Source: a virus
Length of the DNA stretch: 64,000 bases
Virus record (IMG/VR): IMGVR_UViG_3300029448_000003
Location: 32,001-96,000 of that record
Direction: 5' to 3' (one strand)
Shown piece after piece: positions 56,983 through 64,000 of the stretch; position 1 is the first letter of the stretch, and every line of letters starts with the position of its first letter. The notes under the pieces were generated by a model. It was given only the letters and a program-made list of their open reading frames with translations, was not told the DNA's origin and ran no database searches. The position numbers and the translations under genes were made by a program.

Positions 56983-58901
56983 TGGTAGGATTTTTAACAG
57001 GATTTGCAAGAAGAACAAGTGAAAATTTAAGGACATTACAGAATAAAGCTGATGATACTATTAAGTCTTATGCACTACAGGCAGCACAAGATGCAAAAGA
57101 AGTTCGTAAACAGAGAGTAAAATCTCAACTAGACTACAGTAATATGGCAAAAGCATTAAGTTCTAGTTATGGTTTAAATGATGGTCAAGTTCAAGCTCTT
57201 TTAAGAGGTGGGTTGCAAGCTGGTCAACGTTACATAGACGGTTTTGATGTAGCAAAATCAAATGACGATAAAGTAACAGCAGCGTCTTACAGAGATGCAA
57301 TACTAAGACAAATAGATGGTGTTGATTCAAAACAGCAAGTTAGAAATATTGCAGATCAAGCACGTTACTTTGCTCAAATGCAAAACCCAAATGCAGGTGA
57401 AGATATAGAAACTTTTGCTTCTAACATTGCAGATTCAACGCAAACTTTAATTGGTGGTGTTCCAATGTCATACATTAAATCTGGTATTGAATCTCAAATG
57501 AGGGCACAAATGGGTGGAAGAGTATTGCAAGACAAAAAATACGATGAGCAACTTCCTCAATACACAATTGAAAGTTTATCACCGACTTTAGAAAAACTAT
57601 CATTAATGGCAGATGTAAAAAAGGTACAAACAGAAACAGAAAGTATTTCAATGAGTACTTTATTAACAAAAGAAAACATAAACGTCAGTAAAGCACAGGT
57701 TAAACAAATAGATGCAAGAATAAAAAATTTAGATGCGGACACAAAATTAACAATATCTAAAAAAATAACAGAAGGTTTTACAAGACGAAACATGAATTGG
57801 CAAAGGAACTTTAAAGCAGAAGAATTAGACTTTAAGAAAGAGCAAGCTGCAGCAGATCAAAAAAGATTTGAGGATAATTTAAAATTAGATAAAGAAAAAT
57901 TTAAAGAACTAAAAAAACAACATCTAGACGATTTTGGTATTAAAAGTCAGCAAGTTGTTTCTGAAATAGCATATAGAAAACATCTAATAGAACAATCAAT
58001 GTATCAAAATCCAGAACAGGTATTTGGTGCTCTATTAGTGCAAGAGAATACAATTAAACAGGAAATAGAAACCCTTACTGGAAAAGTTGGAGCTGAAGAA
58101 AAAATAAATGAGCTAGAAGGTGAACTTAAAATGGTTCAAGGGCAACAGACAAGATCACTTGTAATGATTGAACAATATAATACAGCAAAAGACACAACTA
58201 CTGGTAGAGATTTTAGTTACTTTAATACTTTTGTATCTCTTAGAGAAAGTAGTAGACAAGAATATGGTCGTAACAATGGTGGTAATTACAATGCAAGAGG
58301 AGAATTAATGTCTGTAATGACTAAAAACAATGGCATAATGGCAAAAGACGATTTTCTAAAAACAGATGAAGGAAAACAATGGGTAAAAAATAGAGATGCC
58401 TATGTAGAAAAAGAAGGAAGACAAGCATTTTCTGGCAATACCGAAGGTGGTTGGCTAAATGATGCAGCAAAATATGTATTTGAGGATAACTTAGACATAG
58501 AACCGGGTGCGGCAGATGACCCTGCACAGGTTACAGAAAAACTATCAACTATGTCATTAGAGCAAATAATTAACGATACTGTACATAGTGAGGGTACATT
58601 TTTTAAAAGAAATAAAGATAGCACCATAAATTTAATTAAACTAATAAGACAATATGCAAATCCTAAAGAACTTGAAGGTGTTAGCAATCAAGATATTGTA
58701 GACAAGATAGCAGAAATTATAAAAAATCCGTCAATTGGAGCATCTTCAGAAGAAAAAGAAGAAGATAACTTTGAAGATTTAGATTATCAGAATATAATGG
58801 ATTTTAGTAATCAAAAACTTAGTAAAGAAAATTTATCTGAAGAAATAAAAAACCAGATAAAGTTTGACACGAAATCATTATCAACTAGTATTAAAGGATA
58901 A
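56982..58901 (+). CDS. Putative internal virion protein
   Basis: 639 aa helical protein in the ejection-protein position. Confidence 0.6.
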   Translation: MVGFLTGFARRTSENLRTLQNKADDTIKSYALQAAQDAKEVRKQRVKSQLDYSNMAKALSSSYGLNDGQVQALLRGGLQAGQRYIDGFDVAKSNDDKVTAASYRDAILRQIDGVDSKQQVRNIADQARYFAQMQNPNAGEDIETFASNIADSTQTLIGGVPMSYIKSGIESQMRAQMGGRVLQDKKYDEQLPQYTIESLSPTLEKLSLMADVKKVQTETESISMSTLLTKENINVSKAQVKQIDARIKNLDADTKLTISKKITEGFTRRNMNWQRNFKAEELDFKKEQAAADQKRFEDNLKLDKEKFKELKKQHLDDFGIKSQQVVSEIAYRKHLIEQSMYQNPEQVFGALLVQENTIKQEIETLTGKVGAEEKINELEGELKMVQGQQTRSLVMIEQYNTAKDTTTGRDFSYFNTFVSLRESSRQEYGRNNGGNYNARGELMSVMTKNNGIMAKDDFLKTDEGKQWVKNRDAYVEKEGRQAFSGNTEGGWLNDAAKYVFEDNLDIEPGAADDPAQVTEKLSTMSLEQIINDTVHSEGTFFKRNKDSTINLIKLIRQYANPKELEGVSNQDIVDKIAEIIKNPSIGASSEEKEEDNFEDLDYQNIMDFSNQKLSKENLSEEIKNQIKFDTKSLSTSIKG

Positions 58902-58903
58902 AT

Positions 58904-61900
58904 ATGGGAAAAGCATCCGATTTATTTAACCAAATGTATTCTTCTGATGAAACGGAAGAAATACAAACAGAAGAAGAAAATATAATACAAGCAGACCCTG
59001 CTACAGAAGATGCTGATGCTATTGAATCGTGGGCACAGGATCAAGAAAGAATGAAAAGTCTAAACACCTACATGGAACAAAGGTATGGAGAAGAAGGGTA
59101 TAAACAACCTGACGAATCAAACACGGATTACGTAAAACGTTTTTTAACGCATGCTCGTGGTATTGAAAATAACAGTATGCGTTTAATGCAACAAATAGAT
59201 TATTTACGAGAAGCCAATGATGAGCAAAGAATAGCTTTTGGAACTGTGTATGATGAGTATAATAAACTACCTATGTTTGCAGACGGTACAGCAAGAGCAG
59301 TTAAAGACACAGTAACACAGTTACTTTTTGATCCTATCAATTTATTTAGTTTAGGTGTGGGTAGAATTGCCGCTTCAACTGTTGGTAAAGTAGCTGTAAA
59401 AGAAGGATTAAGAAGATTTATACCTAAAAGTGCTATAGCTAGAGGAGCGTTAGCAGCAGGAGCGTCATCAGGAGTTCAAACTGTAGGGTTTGATGCAGGT
59501 TTACAAGAGGTTGAAAGAAAAGGATATGTAGGTGACGCAAGACCAGATGATAAAGTTGATTTAACAAGATTAGCTATAGCAGGTGGAGTTGGAACAGTAT
59601 TTGGAGCAGGATTAGGTGCTGTTGGTTCTATTGGTGCAAGAAAATCGGCACGGCAGGCTGCTATTGAAGGTGCAAAAAGGTCTAAATCTTTAACTGCTAC
59701 AGCAGACGCTACAGCAAGTAAAAATGCTAAAGAAGGTTCATTTGATCCTCTTATTGGCAATATAAAATTTGACGAAGGTGTAGATAAAGCTTTAAGAGAT
59801 TTAAAAGCAAAAGAAGTTAAAGAAAGAATGGCAAAAGATGTAGACTTTTCTGATGAAGCTATATATAAAGACAAACCTTTTTTACAACCTGAAGTTCTTA
59901 CATCTTTAAGTGTTAAAATGACAAAGGTTGTAGAAAACCTTGCTAAAGAAACTAAAGGAACAGATATGGATATACTTAAAAAACATCCTGCTGTTTTTAA
60001 TGCAAAGGGTCAGCAAGTTGAGGGTAAAAAAGTTTTTGAGGTAGTAGAAGATGTTATAGCAGAAATTATAACAAAAGATGAAGGTATAGACATAGATGCT
60101 TTAGAGCGAGCAATAGTTAAAACAGGTATGAAAAAAGAAGAGTTTATAGACTTTTTAGAAGTAGCTAGAGAACAGGGCTATGATATTGGATCATTAATTC
60201 GTGTAGGAGCATCTGAAAGTGCTACTAAACTAGGAGCAGGTGGCGAGCTAGGAAAAATGAGAAAAGTAATGAATGAGCTTGCACCAGAACATAAAGAAAG
60301 ACTAAATAAACTTTATGGAAAACCAGAAGATACATCTAATATTTACTCTAAAACATATGGGTTTATAAGAAAAGCAGACAGAGAACGTAGAGCATTAATG
60401 GTAACACAAATAGCCACAACAGCAAGAAACGTAGCAACAGGAATATCCGTTGTAGGTTTTGAAACGGCTGCTAGTTTAATGGAAGCAAGCATTTATCATT
60501 TTGGTAAAAGTTTAAGAAAAAAACAAACAGATGCTAATTGGTGGAGCAAAAATATTAACCCTGTTAAAGATTATAGGTCTTCCGTATCCGATATAATGAA
60601 AGATTCGTTTGGTCTATTAGGATCAATAGTCAATCAACAAAATAGTGATGAGCTTTCAAGGTTTGTGTTACGGCACAACCCAAAGTTACAAAAAACTCTA
60701 TTAAGAACTGTACAAGAAGCAGGTTCAGAAGCAGACTTATCTAGATTTTCAATGTTTTTTAATAGGATAAATCTTGCACAGGATGCTTTTTTTAGAAGAG
60801 CTTTTTTTTCTAACTCTATAGATAAAAAATTAAGAAGAGCAGGAACAGGAGATTTAGCTAAAAATATTTACACAGCAGATGAATTAAGGATTCTTGATTT
60901 AAAAGAAGATGATTTTGTATCTGGTCTTCAGTATATATTAAAAACAGGAAAAGATGTACCTCTTGATATGCTTAAAAGTAGTGTAGATGACGCTCTTGGC
61001 AATACTTTTGCTCTAATGCCTAAAACAGGACCTGTTCGTAATATTATTAGAGCTATTGAAGGTTTACCGGGTGTACCTGTATTTGGAACAGGAGAGTTTC
61101 CGTTTGCTAGATTTATGGCTAATGCTCTTGCTTTTCAATTTAGGTTTAGCCCTCTTAACGGTGCTGTTGCATTAACTAATGGTGCAGGATATTTGCTAAG
61201 AAAATCACGAGGTAAAGTAAGAGATGTGGAAGAAGGACAAAGAGCATTAGAAGATTTTGCTAAACGTTTTTCTGAAAGTGTAGTTGGTGGAGCTGCTTTA
61301 GCTACAGCAATGTACTATAGATCACAAAATCAAGATATACGATGGTATGAAGGTCGTTCTAAAGATGGTAAAACCATAGACCTAAGACCATTTTTTCCTT
61401 TAGCTCCTTATTTAATTGTTGGTGATTGGGCTGTAAAATGGTCAAAAGGAGAAACAGATAAACTTACAATGATGGGTGATATAACTCAAGGTCTTACAGG
61501 TTCTCAGTTTAGAGCAGGTGCTGCTTCTTATACTTTAAGTAAGTTTTATGAATTGTTTGGTAATCCAGATAGTATTGGATCACAAGAACAAATAGGCGAA
61601 ATGTTTGGGCAGTATATGGGAGAACTTATGGGTGGATACATAACACCAGCAAGAGTTTTAAAAGATGTTGTTGCTACGTTTGATGAAGAATCAGCTATTG
61701 TTCGTGATACTAGACAAATTGAAGGAGAGGGATTTGAAAGAGGGTTTGACGCATTTTTAAAAACAACTTTCCATAAAAACTTACCTTTCTTAGAAAAAAC
61801 TTTACCTGAATTACAGTTACCTACTAGAGAAGGTCCTGTGTATAGACAATCGCCTTTCTATGGACAAGCTCTAGGTTTAAGATTTATACAAAAAAGAACA

Positions 61901-62338
61901 CCTGAAGAAAGAGAATTAGTACGTTTAGGATTTGAAAACTACGAAATAATGAGAACGACAGGCGATAAAAAAGCTGATGCTATGGTAAAAAAACAACTAG
62001 CATCTTTAATATCTACAAGAATTAAACCTATTATAGATAGTACAACATACAAAAAATTTAACGAAAATCAAAAACAAATATACATGAATAATGTTTTAAT
62101 TCAATTTAGATCGGAAGCAAAAGACTTTGCAAAAACTGTTGCTGATGCTGAAAGAGGAATAGATGAAACATACACACCTTTTGATAGAGTAGAATATTTA
62201 AAACTAAAAAAATCTACAAAGAAATTAGTAGAAGATTATTTTGAAAAGAACTTTGAAGGAAAATCTGTAGCAGAAACAGGACAATACAAATTAGCAAAAA
62301 AAGTAGGGTTAATGCTACAGAAAGTATATAAACCTTAA
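58904..62338 (+). CDS. Large internal virion (putative ejection) protein
   Basis: 1144 aa, DPINL plus glycine-rich hydrophobic segments; homologous to 2..2575. Confidence 0.7.
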   Translation: MGKASDLFNQMYSSDETEEIQTEEENIIQADPATEDADAIESWAQDQERMKSLNTYMEQRYGEEGYKQPDESNTDYVKRFLTHARGIENNSMRLMQQIDYLREANDEQRIAFGTVYDEYNKLPMFADGTARAVKDTVTQLLFDPINLFSLGVGRIAASTVGKVAVKEGLRRFIPKSAIARGALAAGASSGVQTVGFDAGLQEVERKGYVGDARPDDKVDLTRLAIAGGVGTVFGAGLGAVGSIGARKSARQAAIEGAKRSKSLTATADATASKNAKEGSFDPLIGNIKFDEGVDKALRDLKAKEVKERMAKDVDFSDEAIYKDKPFLQPEVLTSLSVKMTKVVENLAKETKGTDMDILKKHPAVFNAKGQQVEGKKVFEVVEDVIAEIITKDEGIDIDALERAIVKTGMKKEEFIDFLEVAREQGYDIGSLIRVGASESATKLGAGGELGKMRKVMNELAPEHKERLNKLYGKPEDTSNIYSKTYGFIRKADRERRALMVTQIATTARNVATGISVVGFETAASLMEASIYHFGKSLRKKQTDANWWSKNINPVKDYRSSVSDIMKDSFGLLGSIVNQQNSDELSRFVLRHNPKLQKTLLRTVQEAGSEADLSRFSMFFNRINLAQDAFFRRAFFSNSIDKKLRRAGTGDLAKNIYTADELRILDLKEDDFVSGLQYILKTGKDVPLDMLKSSVDDALGNTFALMPKTGPVRNIIRAIEGLPGVPVFGTGEFPFARFMANALAFQFRFSPLNGAVALTNGAGYLLRKSRGKVRDVEEGQRALEDFAKRFSESVVGGAALATAMYYRSQNQDIRWYEGRSKDGKTIDLRPFFPLAPYLIVGDWAVKWSKGETDKLTMMGDITQGLTGSQFRAGAASYTLSKFYELFGNPDSIGSQEQIGEMFGQYMGELMGGYITPARVLKDVVATFDEESAIVRDTRQIEGEGFERGFDAFLKTTFHKNLPFLEKTLPELQLPTREGPVYRQSPFYGQALGLRFIQKRTPEERELVRLGFENYEIMRTTGDKKADAMVKKQLASLISTRIKPIIDSTTYKKFNENQKQIYMNNVLIQFRSEAKDFAKTVADAERGIDETYTPFDRVEYLKLKKSTKKLVEDYFEKNFEGKSVAETGQYKLAKKVGLMLQKVYKP

Positions 62339-62734
62339 TTATCTAGTATCGCCACTACCACCTAACACTCCTCGTGACTTTCTAGATTGTAATTTATCTA
62401 AATTGTTTTCCATAATCTGCCCAAGATTAACTTGAAAATAATCAGATAACATAGCACAATACCAAAGTACATCACCTATCTCACTAGCTATGTCATTACT
62501 AAAGTGCATATAGTCAGCTTGTTGCGTTCCTGCAACTTTATTATCCCTTATTATTTTTTTTACCTTGTTAGCGACTTCACCTGCTTCACCTACCAACCCT
62601 AAAGAAAGATACTCTAGGGCTGTGTTAGCAGGAAATATTGCAGTTGTTTTTGCCTTCTCTTGATATTCAGTTGCTGTTATCATACTTTTATTTTTAGTGT
62701 CCATGAATTTCTTTACCTCTTCTTCTAGTTTCAT
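62339..62734 (-). CDS. mazG: MazG-like pyrophosphohydrolase, second copy
   Basis: LGLVGEAGEVANKVKK...EIGDVLWY. Confidence 0.9.
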   Translation of the reverse strand: MKLEEEVKKFMDTKNKSMITATEYQEKAKTTAIFPANTALEYLSLGLVGEAGEVANKVKKIIRDNKVAGTQQADYMHFSNDIASEIGDVLWYCAMLSDYFQVNLGQIMENNLDKLQSRKSRGVLGGSGDTR

Positions 62735-62942
62735 AATATTTTATCCTTTTTACATTTTCAAAATAGGCAGAGTTAAAACCTCTTTGCCATTCACGATGTT
62801 GCATAGTGTTAGGGTGAAAGGGGGATTTTAAATATCCCCTCTTAAAACTATTGTATCCTTTATTATATTGTATAATAAGGGGTGCATCATATTTTTTAAG
62901 ACTATTCTTTCTTTTCACTTGTAACCTCTTTCTGATTGTCAT
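62694..62942 (-). CDS. RMF-like small protein, second copy
   Basis: KYDAPL.IQ.NKG...NTMQHREWQRGF.SA. Confidence 0.5.
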   Translation of the reverse strand: MTIRKRLQVKRKNSLKKYDAPLIIQYNKGYNSFKRGYLKSPFHPNTMQHREWQRGFNSAYFENVKRIKYYETRRRGKEIHGH

Positions 62943-63153
62943 TGTTTTCTTTTCGCTCAAAAAATTTAACAAGTACTTCAACTTTATCATTATAGTCTGC
63001 AATCTTACCAAGTTCTTCTTCTATAGAAGCCTGAATATCTTGATGCTCTCCTATACCTGTAGGATTAGTTAATAAAACTTCTACGTTTGATATATGTTTG
63101 TTAATTAAGCCAATATAGTAAGCTTTTGCTCCTCGTAATAGTATTTCTCTCAA
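62902..63153 (-). CDS. Conserved hypothetical protein, second copy
   Basis: Homologous to 3130..3387; AGGAG RBS, TTG start. Confidence 0.8.
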   Translation of the reverse strand: MREILLRGAKAYYIGLINKHISNVEVLLTNPTGIGEHQDIQASIEEELGKIADYNDKVEVLVKFFERKENNDNQKEVTSEKKE

Positions 63154-63245
63154 TTTTCTTCTCCTTTCAAAAATTTATCTTTATATAAAGACCGTCAGAG
63201 GGGTAGAACTACCTGCTCGTATGCAATACTACCCCAAAATATACT

Positions 63246-64000
63246 CTATAAGTCTACAACCTCGCAAACCCCTGCAGAACAAGCAAGCTCTTTATTGCCC
63301 TTAGTTGTGTCCTCTTTTTCGTACTTTGACAGATTTTCCCATCTAATTTGTGGAATCTTCTCAAATTCGTTATATGCTTTTTGAGAAATCTCCTGATAGG
63401 GTGCTTGAGCATAGGTATGTTCACTATGGGGAAGAAAACTGATGCCTGAAATATCATCAAATTTATCATACACCCATGCTCCTACCTTCATCCACTCTTC
63501 TTCACGAACAGTAACTGTGATAGAAGGTTTGTGTTCACACCAATGCTCTTGATATTTAAGCCATAATTCTAATTGTTCTATGGCTGTCATATCATTCCTT
63601 GTAACAGCATTTTTAGGACTCTCCATTGGAAAGCTAAAAACTGTTGTATCGTTTGGTTTTGTAATATCAGGTTCATTTGGAACACCTTCATCTTTCATTA
63701 ATTGTGTTAGTGGGTCTTTGTTATCAGCACGAACAGTACGAATATAATACTTGCTATGTCGAGGGTGAATACCACTCGCACTATCCACAAGTTGTGAAAC
63801 TGTTCCACTAGGTTTAACACAAGTAATGGCAGTTGATTGGTTAATCCCAAACTTCTCTGACCATATTTTATTTGTTTCAATAGCATGCTCCTTTAATTCT
63901 GTTAATAGTTTTTCTATATCACCTTTAGAACCATTTGTCAAGCTATTATCCATAATACCTGTAAGAGAAACACCTAATAGACTTTCTTCTTTTGTATTAT
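63246..64000 (-). CDS. nrdJ: Class II ribonucleotide reductase, second copy, 5'-partial
   Basis: TCVKPSGTVSQL...CSAGVCEVVDL; runs off the window end. Confidence 0.9.
   Translation of the reverse strand, partial: NTKEESLLGVSLTGIMDNSLTNGSKGDIEKLLTELKEHAIETNKIWSEKFGINQSTAITCVKPSGTVSQLVDSASGIHPRHSKYYIRTVRADNKDPLTQLMKDEGVPNEPDITKPNDTTVFSFPMESPKNAVTRNDMTAIEQLELWLKYQEHWCEHKPSITVTVREEEWMKVGAWVYDKFDDISGISFLPHSEHTYAQAPYQEISQKAYNEFEKIPQIRWENLSKYEKEDTTKGNKELACSAGVCEVVDL

Noticed and set aside
3082-63469. Numerous short antisense or alternate-frame ORFs in the supplied track
   Set aside because: They lie within well-supported genes and lack RBS or recognisable motifs
58904-64000. Direct terminal repeat or circular overlap with 1..5732
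   Set aside because: The copies are substantially diverged and differ in gene content
1-64000. tRNA/rRNA genes, phage RNA polymerase, reverse transcriptase/DGR, introns or inteins, alternative genetic code
   Set aside because: None recognised by eye; core genes are uninterrupted under the standard code. tRNAscan-SE and Infernal would be needed to exclude small RNAs

Overview
The window is marine podovirus-type phage DNA of the HMO-2011 type (SAR116/Roseobacter-infecting group), recognised by a family A DNA polymerase with a DnaJ-like CxxCxGxG insert, class II RNR, MazG and P22-like portal/scaffold/coat genes; no phage RNA polymerase was found. A minus-strand early/replication arm (2.6-20.8 kb) diverges at about 21 kb from a plus-strand lysis/packaging/virion arm (21.3-62.3 kb). 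The two ends hold homologous but clearly diverged copies of one gene block (large internal virion protein, MazG, RMF-like ORF, small ORF, nrdJ) about 59.8 kb apart, so the window looks like two related genomes joined in tandem; a by-eye absence of GATC before about 27.1 kb agrees. Main candidates: (1) an early-region cassette architecture in which unrelated genes are bracketed by a conserved promoter-hairpin and a conserved palindrome; (2) short peptide tags (xxGGxV/L, an N-terminal ASKLARA leader, GL[MA][ST][KR][KR]) shared by many late proteins, with a conserved LSEGEFV domain protein between portal and scaffold; (3) an open but catalytically eroded tyrosine integrase remnant; (4) pstS, ArfA-like and RMF-like host-takeover genes; (5) structured leaders before the scaffold and capsid genes. 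All family assignments are from motif recognition by eye, not database searches.
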